Assembly (NCBI RefSeq): GCF_000150275.1
Contig: NW_002060959.1
Location: 1,237,283 to 1,301,282, forward strand
Direction: 5' to 3'
Length of the DNA: 64,000 bases
Origin: Trichoplax adhaerens
Lineage: Eukaryota > Animalia > Placozoa
Of this stretch, positions 21,166-36,415 are shown piece after piece. The notes beneath the pieces are model-generated. The model saw only the letters and a program-made list of their open reading frames with translations, searched no databases and was not told the origin of the DNA. Each line of letters opens with the position of its first letter. Within the stretch, counting starts at the first letter, position 1. Both the position numbers and the translations under genes were made by a program.

Positions 21166-21178
21166 TTTTGGCGGGAAA
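21166..21178. promoter_or_regulatory. Consensus E2F-type site in the SMC3/CSPP1 divergent promoter
   Basis: TTTTGGCGGGAAA (= TTTCCCGCCAAAA), ~650 bp upstream of the SMC3 ATG. Confidence 0.55.
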
Positions 21179-21240
21179 TGTGGCGCTTTTACTTACTGTA
21201 CAATCATAGAGGCCCTCTATTATTATTTTAGAGGGTCTGT

Positions 21241-22140
21241 CGTGTACTGTACACTGTACAGTACTGTACAGTACAGTACGGCAATATTATTATGGTCCAC
21301 TACAGTGTATGTACTGTACAGTACAGTACAGTACTGTACACTGTACCGGATTGTACTGTACAGTACAGTAGAGTACAGTATTGACCGTGGCCTACTGTAC
21401 AGTATTACAGTACAGTACAGTACACAATACTGTATTAACTGTATTAATTAATAATATTATTATTTTCGTCCACTACAGTACAGTACTGTACTGTACTCCT
21501 ACAGTACTGTACCCTGTGCAGGATTGTACAATGTACAGTGTACAGTGTACAGTACAGTGTATACAGTCAGTTTGTATAATCCCACCCCAATACTATACAG
21601 TACAGTACAGTACTGTATACAGTACAGTAGTACAAACGTCTTTTACAACACTTTGTATTTCAGAGTCATGACTACAGTATACTGTACGCTGTTACGTACA
21701 GTACTGTACTACTGTACTGTATGTACAGTGTACTGTACAGTATAGTATAGTCTTATACCGTACTGTACTGTACAGTGTACACTATATACTGTAGTGTTAA
21801 CACTGTACACTGTGTACGTTGGTACGTTCAATGAACGTCCGACGTTCAAATTGGACGTTCGTACTGTACGTTCGTTCATTAAAACTGGCGAACGTCCACA
21901 GTACTAATGTACAGTACTCATTGTACTGTACAGTGTACAGTACAGTATTGACCTACTGTACTGTACAGTATTACAGTACACAGTGTACAGTACAGTATTG
22001 ACCTACAGTATTACAGTACACAGTGTACAGTACTAACAGTAGGCCACCGTACTGTACACTGTACAGTACGGTACAGTATTGAAAGTGGCCCATTACAGTA
22101 TACTGTACTGTACTATACACTATACACTGTACTGTACCTG
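21241..22140. repeat. Large ACAGT/ACTGT (TACAGTA/TACTGTA) microsatellite array between head-to-head SMC3 and CSPP1
   Basis: Dense mixed-orientation tacagtac/gtactgta units over ~0.9 kb, with outliers at 20625-20830. The ORF-track peptides here (YSTVQY repeats) are by-products of the repeat. Confidence 0.92.
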
Positions 22141-23254
22141 AATGGGATTGTACGCTACTCCATCGTCGCCTACGCAAGCCGTTTCCATGACTATCGGCAA
22201 ATAGAAGAAATTTCAACGGGGGGGAAAAACATTCATGCCAATTCTCAGTCTAGCCTTCAATGTCTGCAGCTGCATCAATCACTCATTCGGAGGCCTAGTA
22301 GAGATGATATTAGCATGTTTTCCATGCCTTCAAGTTTGTTGACAGCACTTTACTCGACGCTACTATCATCAACAAGACCCTGGACAGTGGACACAAACGT
22401 CCACATAGTACTGTAGTCTGTAGACGCGTACCCATTGACAAAATAAATCCTACATTGATCCAGGAAGGTATTCCATACTTGATTCTGCTACTCTATTCTT
22501 CAAAAGATGCCATCTAGCATACTCTACCACCAAAGCCTTGGATACCAGCTGATACAACAGGTACTGATCTCACTTTCAACAGTCATGCTTCCGTATCATA
22601 ATGTCCACTAAAATTGAATCATTCTAAAATTGAAGTAGGCTTGACTCCATCCCTTCCAGTCTACTTCAGACAATTCATACTCGATACATACACCAATCGT
22701 TTGTCGTATCAAGGTTTTAAAGTCATATGATTCATGGCTAAATAGTCATTCCACTAAGATTAGTCATATTGCCAATGATTAAAGCTCGATCTTTTGCATT
22801 GGTAACATTGGTAACTCGACAGTCCACAGGTAAGCAATACTACGGACAGCACAGTTGAACTTTATAGCGGCATCTTACTCAATGTACAATCTCAAGCATG
22901 CATCATCACTTATTGCTATACAGTAATGTAGTATTAGAGTCAATGACAACAAGGATAATCAAGGCATAGTTATATCACGCTAAAATGTCAGGTATATGCA
23001 CGTATAAGTAGCTGTCCAAACTATCCATACTTAAAGTACTTGTAGGACGCTAGGACTGTTACTCTTTTATTCATGATTACTTTGAATTCTTTTCACTTTT
23101 CCATTAAAATTGATTCTCGGCTTCAGGTATAATTGAAATTTTGCAATCCAACTGTCACCACCAGTAATCTAACACTCAATAGAAAGGTTGTTGGCTCTCT
23201 ATTATACTGCTTACCTATTGGAGATTGATATCAATTGAGGAATGGTAGCTTCCA

Positions 23255-26200
23255 ATGGCCACCCAGGATGAGATGACACGTTTTATTCAATTACAGAAAG
23301 CTAAATTACATCATGAGCGACAACAAATTGACCCAGAATCCAGTAATCCTGTCAGAAGTTTCAACCAAGCAGGAACAACATCAAATCTTTCAAATGAAAG
23401 GAGTGATCTTCGTCCTACCCAAAGTGATGGAGCATTTACCTTAAGAGATTCACATAATAATCAGATTAATCATAATAGTGAAGATATTCACAACCTACAT
23501 CGGACTCATTCTTTATGGGATAAGTTGGGCGATGATGGCCTGACTATGAAACAAAATTTTAAAAAAAGGAGAGAAGATGAATTTAAAGAATTTGCCGATA
23601 ACAAAAAGTACGGTCGTTACAACCGTAATATTAACGAGAACAACTATCAAGGATTAAGTTTGCCCATAAGGGAACAGAATAGTGCTAAAGAAAGGTTAAA
23701 GAAAGAGCGACAACGAGAGTATAACGAATTTTTACAAGAAAAGTTACGCAGAGAAACCGAGGGTAAATCTCGTAGGCGCAACAATTTGAATGACGCTATG
23801 CAGCCTCAGAACTATCATTCAAAACCAGTTGGTTACGATCAACTACTGCAACAAAAAAGGGAGCAAGAGGAACGTTATCGGTAAAAAATCCATGCAATTG
23901 GATATTATGAACAGTTACTGACAATGGCTTCTCTTTCTATCTGTTTATAATCTTGTAACTGTAATGATTTCACTGTTTCAATTCATCGGTTTTATTCACT
24001 ATACCACAAATTATAGTCAGCTAAATCATATCGAAACTGCACCAGCTGATTTTGTACCATCCAAGCCGAAGTTTGACCTACAACATTCAAGAGATCCCCG
24101 CTATAATCTACCTATACCAGAAAAGTAAGTTGATTGAAAGATCCCTGTTATACTTTATCATAGAAATTACATTCACTAAGAAAATTGAACTATTAATGTT
24201 TAGCTTGACCTTAGTTGTAAGTATATACCATTATAATCCATAATAGATAAAAATACATATTTTGATCTACGTTCTTAATTCGATATTGATGAATGATAAG
24301 GAATGAAAGCTTGCAACTTGATAAAATGCGTTCTTACCGTAGTAATAAAACTGTGACATTAACAAGTATAAAATACGATAGTAATAAGTATATTTTAAAC
24401 TCATATGGGCAGTACCAGTAGTTAACTGCTAAAGCACCATCAAAGTTTTAACTTGTGTTAAGATGACAGACTAAAAGAAATTCCATTTTGATCTTCTTTT
24501 TTAATGCATAATCATCGAATTCTTTTCGTATAACAGATTTCAACAAATTTATAACAAATTTAAAAAACTGCCTTTTAGCGGCATATTGTTGCACATTACT
24601 GATCATACCGTAGTTCTTTCGTCATCTTGAAAGTTATTAAAGATGTGTATAAAATGACAGTACTTATCTCCTAGTATAATCGCTGAGGTACGAAATCTAT
24701 AGTGATGTCTCCTAAAACATCAGCGTAGATTTCGTACCTTAGTGAATTATCACTACAGTGTACCGTAGTTAATTTCAATTTTGGTGCGCTGTTATAGTGC
24801 TAAGATATTGCCTACTGTCACTATGACATACTGTAGAATTGCAGAATGTAGTAGTAAAGTGATTAATTTTGCTGAACCTAGTTGTGTCATTGCTCTCGAA
24901 TATAGAATAATCGTTATCTGCTATCTGTTGCTGTTAAAATACTACGTCATTTAAATTATTTGAACTGTTTTTTTTTCCTACGGCTTGAACAAAATTTATA
25001 AACCCTATTTGTGTAGTTTACTAATTTATTTAAAATACAGACAGAAAATTTTATTACTTCTATGTCTTGCATAATCTATAATTCATTTATGGATTCTCTA
25101 GTAAATCTCTACTGTACATACATTCGTTGTACGTCGTAATGCACATTCAAAGAACTTTTTGAGTCAAAAATTTTAGTCAATATATACAGTTCACTTCTAA
25201 CGTAATTGAATATTGTGATATGCATACAAATATCAATTATTATGTTATCATTCATTAGTATTCTAACATTTATAAAAGCAGTAATCATAACAGTTGCTTC
25301 AAATTTATAACAGATGGAATTAAGTAATGTTGATATTTCGCAATCTCAATGTAATAAAACCATATATTGTTGTAATTATACAATTTGAAATGCTAACTAG
25401 TGTGGACTTCAGTTAAATTACTCCAGTTTACTTATTATGAGAGGTTAAATGGCCTTTGTACGTACTGAAATTAACATCAAAACTTTTATTCCTACTCATT
25501 CCATCATGGTTTATGTGAATATGGCTATATTATAATTATTTTATATCAAGTCGACCAGTTGAATGGCAATTAGGCGATGAAGATTTATATGCATGGGCAC
25601 GCCAAAAGGCTAACAATCATGATGCACCAGACGATATAGGAAGGTTGCCATATGATATTAATCTTGGTAATGGCCAAGGAAACGTACCATTGTCCAATAA
25701 TAGTCCACTACTAGATGCAGTAACTCAACTAACAGATCCGGTAAGTATTCATTTTAATTATTGATGGTACTATCGATAGATTATTAATAGATTTGAGGTA
25801 ATTTTGACTTTTTAAATTGTTGAATGTATTTTAATAAAATTTGCAATCATTTCGGTGTTAAATATTTCCAAACATTCGTTTCGCTATCCTCATGTATGAA
25901 CCTCCAACAGAGACTCCGATCAGATTATCCACCTGATGAAGTTCCTCGTGCTTCTTATAGCAACAATAACGCAGTACCAGTTAGAAATGCTGACTACCCT
26001 GGTGCAGTTTCGCGCAATAACTACGTTCAAGCTAAAGGCAACAGCGTTTTAGATCACAGTCATCGCCGAATTGGCAATCACGATCCTCCAAATGCGCACT
26101 ATCGTACTTCCAGTCAAAATCAAAGTTCCAACATCTTGCTAGGCTTTTCTGGATCAGAAGACAAGCCACGCTATGATAAAAGTAGCTACCAACAGGATTT

Positions 26201-28716
26201 AAAACAACAGATGCTAGAAATGGAAAATAGAAAGAAACAAGAAAAAAAAAGAAGAGAGGCAGAAGAACTGAAAAAAGAACAAGAAATATATGATTATAAT
26301 CCGTGGGGTAAAGGCGGAGGTGGTGCACCCCTGCGCGATCGCCATGGTCGCATTGTTGCTGATCTAAAAAGAATGCATGTAGATAATGAGACTAAACTTC
26401 TTAACCCTAATACCAATGAAAATCGTAGTCAACCCAATCATTCACTTTCTAGTAACAACAATAATCAATACTCTAATGCAGCTTCTCCCCGGCGTGAGCC
26501 TAATTCATTAAATGAGCCCAATTATAGTTATAATCAACCTAATCGTGAAACTACTGAGGTTGTAACTAAACTTACATCAGAAGGTTTTATGACTCAAGAA
26601 AGTCCACGCAAAAGTGAGACTGATTACAGAGCATATCTTAAACAGCAAATTGAAGAAAAAGAGCGTAGAAAGCGGGAAGAACAAGAAAAAATAAGACAGG
26701 AAGAGCTGAAAGAAATGCAACGCATCGAAGATCAGAGGAAAATTATGCAAGAAGAACATGAGAAAGAGCTTGTAAGTAACCTGATAAATTTTACTGCACG
26801 TAACGTGTGTCTTAGCTAGCGCATATTGTAGGTAAATCACCTTGCGGTAAACTTCCATCTGATTAAATCAAAAATAGTCGGAAAACTTTAAGAGCGGAAT
26901 TAAATTCTATCCGCAATCCATCAGATAAAGTTTCATTTTATATTAGTTAAAACTATTGTATCTTGAAATTATAAATTCTAATTGTACCTCGATCTCTTTT
27001 CCACTTTTAGGAAGGAAAGCGTAAAAAAGAAGAGGAAGAGAATCGGCAAAAAGAGGAAGCTGCACAAAAAATTAAAGAGCAGCGTGAGGCTTCGGAGCGA
27101 GCACAGCGTGAAGCAGAAGAGAATCGTCGGCAGAAAGCAGATGATGACTTAAAAAGGAGGCTAGCGGAAAGTAGGAAGAAACCGTATGAACAGGAAGCTA
27201 GCAATCAACAGAATAGCCCTGTGAGATCGAACTCTCCGCCTATACCAGCACTAAGGCAGTCATATAATCAATCTCCACCAATTCCTGCTTTAAGAAATGA
27301 GCAAGGCAATCCAACTTCACCGCCTTTACCAAGTCATAGACAAGTTACAAATACTAATAGCGATATTTATAACCAAGACGACGAAATTCCTAGCCACTCT
27401 GAGATTCAACCACTTAAACTTTCAAGATCGCAGACATTTAATGAAGTTACACTTAGTCAGCGAGATAATGATATTTATAAGAGTCATCCGAAATCATCAC
27501 GCAATAATTCCATTTCAGGAAATGCATCCACTATACCCAATAACTCCAATACGCGTCCCTTTAACAGAACTGCGGAAGAAACTAAAGATGTTATCGCTCA
27601 GCTGGAATTAATGCGGCAACAACTGAAACTTGAGCAAGCTAAGGTAACGTTAATCATGTAGCCTGAGCATACTCGTACGCCAAAGTTTACTGTTCAATCC
27701 AAAATCAAACTATGATCTGATTTATATTCTATTTCGTATAGGTTCAAGAACAATTAGAACAAAACAAAAAGGCTTATGAAGGACTGCTAAGGAATGAGGA
27801 GTTAAAGGTTAATTTAAGCTTTAGATAATATTTCTTTCTATAGAAGTTCGATTATGACCCACACTTTAATAACAGTTATAAACCAAATTGACGGAGATAC
27901 TTTCTGATTAGCTACAAGCTCATATGGAACAGAACAAGAAAGCTAAAGAACGCCGATTATCAAGGAGTAAGAACAAAGCAGATATTTTTGCAATGGCATT
28001 ACCCAAAAATAAAGGAGGAAATCAAAACAATGCTACATCGGAGTTTAATTCACTTAAGTATGGCAATGGAAGTGAATCAAGGCAAGAATTTTGGAAAGAA
28101 TATCCTGAACCAGCTGAATCAAGTGCTTCGTTAGAAGTTCAACAGCAAGCTCTGCTAGATAAGCAAGAGCATCAATTGAAAATGTTACGAGAGGGTGAGG
28201 ACATGTCAGTAACTTTTACGAGTATTGCATAAAATGATAGTACATTAAGCTAAATCTTATACTACATGGGAGGGTAAAAAGTTTACTGCAGTTGTTGTAC
28301 TCCTGATAAACAATAAATTCACTATAATTATAGGTGATTTAGCCGCAGATCTTGATGTTAATAGTCATCCTACTAATCATCACCATCAGGCTTCAAATCG
28401 TAAGCCTGATTCAGAATCACAATTATCCTTATTGACATCAGAAACTAAATTTGTACCAGTCGATGATAATGGTAACAACGTTAAAGGCTCAACCGATGAA
28501 AATTCTACTAAAGTTTCATCAGCACGTGAAAGAAGAAGAATTCGACAACGCGATGAGTTACCATCTACCCCGGCGTCCATTTCCAGTCTAAATATCGATG
28601 CCATCAATGAGAAAAATAAAGAACGATTACTTAGATTGGAGAAATTGACTGAAAGAAGAAAGAAAAATGACACTTTAGAACCAAGCGCGGTTTTAGAAGA
28701 ATATTTAGAAAAATAA
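23255..28716 (+). CDS. CSPP1: Centrosome and spindle pole-associated protein 1-like (CCDC66-type domain), 8 coding exons
   Basis: Exons ~23255-23880, 24017-24124, 25551-25740, 25911-26771, 27011-27642, 27742-27807, ~27912-28194, 28333-28716. N-terminal FIQLQKAKL, hallmark YNPWGKGGGGAPLRD..G.+.ADLKRMH, YLKQQIEEKERRK coiled coil, SPPIPALR repeats, SLEVQQQALL, and SSLNIDAINEKNKERLLRL near the C-terminus. Confidence 0.85.
24672..24755 (+). other. Long imperfect hairpin (inverted repeat) in CSPP1 coding intron 2
   Basis: 24681-24708 pairs with 24717-24744 (26 of 28 positions, including 3 G-U) around an 8-nt loop, plus a ~9-bp bulged basal stem. Confidence 0.8.
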
Positions 28717-30472
28717 CAACGATTAAATATTACCTCAATGGAATCAATTTGTTTATTTGATTTTATAAATATCTCTTACTTATTTCAGTTTTCCATATGA
28801 TTAATACATAAATAAAAATGTAAAACGATAGCAAGAAATAATTACTTTTTCGGTTGTTGATACTGTAACTACTTGAAGATGCCTGTAGTATTAAAATAAT
28901 TTCTCTGCTATCATTATATCATAGTGGAGTCTATTTGTATGCATACAAACATATAGTTTATAAATATTTATAACTAGTACGTGTACTATATATCTATTAT
29001 AGAACGCTAATTGAGCTCGAGCTCTCATATTCGTTTATATTAAGGATTTCTACTATAGTTACTAGTAATAACTTTACGTCAAAATTCTTTTGATAGTTCT
29101 CTGAATAACGTAATCTGGTTGTTAATTTCATTTCCTTAAGCCTTTTGCAACGTGTACATATATCAATAGAACGAAATCTGTCACCATTCAATAATGTTTA
29201 ATTGGATTGATGAAAACTAATATTTCACATTCATTTTCGTTTTGATACTTTTCATTATGTAGTGTTGACGATTTAAAAATAATGTTTCGGTATTTTATGA
29301 AATCTGACATCACTATTATTGCATCGAATAACGTCTTAATTGATGGTTGTTCCATGCGATCGGTAGTTGGAGCTATTCCATTCAAGCTGGATCTGCAGTA
29401 TAATGCGTATTTCGTAATGATGATGTGCATTTTAAATTCATTCTACTGTTGTTATGTTTGATCTTTGGAAAGGCTGATTTTTTATACGCAATGCGTTAAG
29501 ATATGTTCGAAGTTACACATGGTGTATAGCGATTGCTAGCTATGTATTCAATATTTTTCTTGATATTAATTATATCGATATTAGTTTTCAATTGGCTAAG
29601 GAAGACATAATTTACGTTAACATTTTTTGTCGTGCTCGATATCTCATAGTATCAAAGCCAGATTTCGAATGCGATAATTGAGTCACTTTATGTAATTATG
29701 TTGATTAATGATTATGAAAATGATTCTAAATGCAAAGTTGTTGGTTAATTTATTCTATAATTATTAAAGCCATAACAATAACTCGTAGATAGTAGATTCA
29801 TTTTGTTAATCTTAGTCAGCCAATAACGTTTTATAGTAGTAAAGACCTATCGCTACAAAAATATGAATAGAATGAATTGTATTTCCAAAATTGTTTATAT
29901 AAGTATTATTTATACAAAGACAATAAATATTGTTATGACGTCAGCTAAATGCGACTTCTGCAAAAAGTACACTTTTTTCTAATAATTGCTTCCTTAATAA
30001 CATCTACTATAGTTTGCACCTCATCATATTGGTATCGCCGAAAGAAATTGTCTTTTAAGGTAAGCAAAAGAGCTGTAAATGTAATAGGTCTCAAAGGAAG
30101 ATACTCTCCTTTAATATTTCCAACGATTTACCTATATTAAGAATGATATTGACGCTAAACAACACAGTGAAAGATTGATGAGATACACTTCAGATAAAGA
30201 CCTCATCATAGTATTATAATCAAGTATCGTAACATCTCGAGCTAAGTATTATCTTTAAATAGAATAGTGGATCCGAAGGTAAACTAGTTTATTCTCTATT
30301 AAGGACTAAGTTTCGGGCTATTTTAAAGAAATTGAACAGAGTCTTATTGAAAATTTTCATACTTCCTAATAGTTATTACGATTTATCATTGTTTGAAATT
30401 TAGCTCTTAGCACAGTAGAAAAGCAAACGAATTAACATTGATGTACACGTATCTACAGGTTTCCCTATTAAA

Positions 30473-33415
<2,943 letters not shown>

Positions 33416-33722
33416 GGTCTATCCGCTTGCCACTAACCCCTCGACCACCTTGGGTGTGTGGATCATCACCTTGGTACAGTACTCTACAGTACTGTATGCC
33501 AGCGTCTACAGTACGCCTTTTATCCGCTATACTGTACACTGTACACTGTACAGGGCCATGGACCAGTGAGATACTATACCGGTCAAGTCGAGTCCAGTGT
33601 CTGGCAGTCCATGCCTCGATGATATGGTATACTATACTATGGTGTAGTCCAAAAGCAATGGTGAATGACTGGGCATAAATCGACTACTCAGACTGAGAGT
33701 ATTGTACAGTATACTTCCAGTA

Positions 33723-34300
33723 GTCATGATGGCACACAGTACTGTACTGTACACAATGGACTCCTCCTACAATACCTGGACTCGAAACTAGCCTTGGATG
33801 GACGGACTTTGCCTGTAAGATTACTGTTAGGCGGAAGATAGGAAATTACGTGCAGCATACAGTACACTGTACGCTTCCAGAAGTCATGATACAGTACACA
33901 ACGAACTCCTCCAACAATACCTGGACTCCAAACTCTCCTTGGATGGACGGACTTTACTTACCAGAGAAGGCGGAAAATGGCGAAATGACCTGTACTGTAC
34001 AGTACAGTGTACAGTACAGTAATCATGATACTGTACAGTACTGTACTGTACACTGTGTACACAATGGACTCCTCCAATAATACCTGGACCCCAAACTCTC
34101 CTTGGATGGACGGACTTTGCTTACAAGAGAAGGCGGAAAATGGCGAAATGACCTGTACACTCACAGTGTACAGTAGTCATGATACAGTACAGTACACAAC
34201 GGACTCCTCCAACAATACCTGGACTCCAAACTCTCCTCGGATGGACGGATTTTGCTTACAAGAGAAGGCGGAAAATGGCGAAATGACCTGCACTGTACGC
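33723..34300. repeat. Four-copy tandem repeat (~100-bp conserved core, variable ACAGT-rich spacers) upstream of TEX261
   Basis: Core ACACAAYGGACTCCTCCAACAATACCTGGACTCCAAACTCTCCTTGGATGGACGGACTTTGCTTACAAGAGAAGGCGGAAAATGGCGAAATGACCTG at ~33896, ~34059 and ~34194, with a degenerate copy at ~33751. Confidence 0.92.
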
Positions 34301-36015
34301 CTACTCTGTACACTCAGTGAGTGTACAGCAGTCACAAACGACTACCAGCCCATGCTGTCATACTGTATGTCATGGCTGTTTTCTTCTTCAATGCCATTTA
34401 TGAATTTAAAAACATTGGATCATTTTAACATAGTTGAACCTTATTGTCAAAGTTAAATGGGCGATGGAAATTTTTTCTTTACAAGTCCCTATGGGTATTG
34501 CACTTTACATGGTATGGGAAATAGCTTTCAAAAGAAAAACTTTGTATCCAAAATACAACAAAATTCATTGCAATATGGACAGTCCACAATGAATGACACT
34601 GTACTATATCATGTCAAGTATCAGCGTCTTTAATTTCCTTTTAGATACTTGAACTGGGGAAAATACTACCACAACGAATGGGCTAATGCAGTAGTTGATA
34701 CCGACATCCAACACATTGACTAATCTTTGACTTCACTGTACTGTATAGAAATGGTTGTATACTGTCCTGTAGATGGCAATATATTTCATGAGAACCTTTA
34801 TTATATTAAGTACAGTAGACTACAGTAATTTTCGAACCATGAAAAATTTGCCAATAGGGCAGATCGGTAAAATAGATAAAAATATACAATAGTAAATCAT
34901 TAGTTTACCCTATATATTAAAATAGCTTCTACCAAAATAATGCAGCTGGACTGTAAAGTAAATGGTACGCGAAGCTAGACCTGAGCGAAGTATTGCGAGC
35001 GAGGGATCAATTAGTAATTTCGAAAAAATAACTTATAGAATGGCAGTATCAAGCATCCGTAGACTGAAATAATGATGAAAGCAAATGTTAGCAACAGTAA
35101 TTCGACGATATGGAGATTGACGTCTAAGGAGGTTTTACTCTTTCCATTTTTTTCTTCTCGTTCCAATGTCAGTATACAGTGCACTTTGCGTCAATACGTT
35201 ATCGAAATGATTCGCTTCTGTTGGACTATCTACAACACAGTGGATAGTAGAATTGAATACGCGAAGTAAAGTAGACCGAGCGATGGAAATTTCAATCAAT
35301 AGTTTTGGTATAAACTACTACATATAATTCACAGTACGGTAGTCCATGGCTTTGGCTATTTGACTATTGGAATAGTTTTTATAAAAATTTCAACAGATTT
35401 GAAAATAATGACTAAAATAGCAATGATATCACAGTTGTAACAACCGGTTGATACCAAACTGCTTTATTAAGCGTAGACGAAGCGATCAAATAGATATAAA
35501 TTTCAATTGTAGCCATATACGCCTATCCTGTATCATGGACAAGTAGAAAGAAAACGATTGGGTTTCTTCTAGTATTCCTTGACCGTATACAGACAGTATG
35601 GGCCAGTGCAATACTTTTAACTTTTCAATTTACCACTGTCGCTTTCTAGCATTGCATCACGCCATGGCGTACTTTACACAATGATTGTACCATGAACTAC
35701 TCAGTAGTCTGTGATTGTACTGTGGATAGTTTTCAATGAAATCGCAAATCCACCCCTTCAAAACTTGCGGCTTTCCACTTTAACCCTCAACGGCGGTGTA
35801 ATGACCGAGTAATAGCCTTTTACTATTACTAGTGTGTCTACAGAATCTACGGTACACGTTCCTATTACTTCAAAGTCCTAACTCACAACGCATAAAGGTT
35901 TTTTTCTCGATGGTCCCAACATGACATCGCTGTGCGTATGGTGATATTACCACACTCATAGCATAAATCTTCATAAACTGGTAGACCAACAGGCTCGACG
36001 ATTAATCACCAAATA

Positions 36016-36415
36016 ATGGAACAAACTGCGGTACTTATATTTATGCTGTTATTCTTTGTCACAGTGTAAGACAGTATAATATTGTATTCTAAGTTGATGA
36101 TATATTTAGTAATGTCTACCGTAGATGTTGTATTCAACATGCGATCGATATTCTCGTTACAGGCTTAAGTATTAAATATAGCTAGCTTAGTAACTGCAAT
36201 CCTTCTGAAGAGGAGCGCTACAGAGCTCACACTAGAGCTGCACATGAAAGGTATAAACTATCCTGTATTTGAGATGCTAATGCTGAAGTGTGTAGTAAGT
36301 AAGGTGTTAAGACTGTAAGCGCGGAAAAGTATATAAGCGAGTAGTTTAGTATCGTAAGATAGTTCTTTCTCGTTAGAGATCCTCAGCTAATCGATTACGT
36401 TGTATCTTCGTAAAC
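36016..36415 (+). CDS. Candidate small secreted peptide (spliced, unannotated)
   Basis: Exon 36016-36065 MEQTAVLIFMLLFFVTV|gtaaga; exon 36191-36250 NCNPSEEERYRAHTRAAHER|gtataa; possible exon from 36377 DPQLIDYVVSS*. Acceptor choice is ambiguous. Confidence 0.3.

Noticed and set aside
21242-22216. Multiple ORFs rich in YSTVQY/CTV repeats
   Set aside because: They are translations of the ACAGT microsatellite, which lacks stops in several frames; no coding signal.
26032-28673. Minus-strand ORFs overlapping CSPP1 exons
   Set aside because: Antisense shadows of purine-rich coiled-coil exons.
33850-34456. Repetitive ORFs (SSNNTWTPNSPWMDG...) suggesting a repeat protein, neuropeptide precursor or CRISPR-like array
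   Set aside because: Frames shift between units, there is no signal peptide or dibasic cleavage pattern, cores are ~100 bp, spacers are microsatellite, and the context is eukaryotic with no cas genes.
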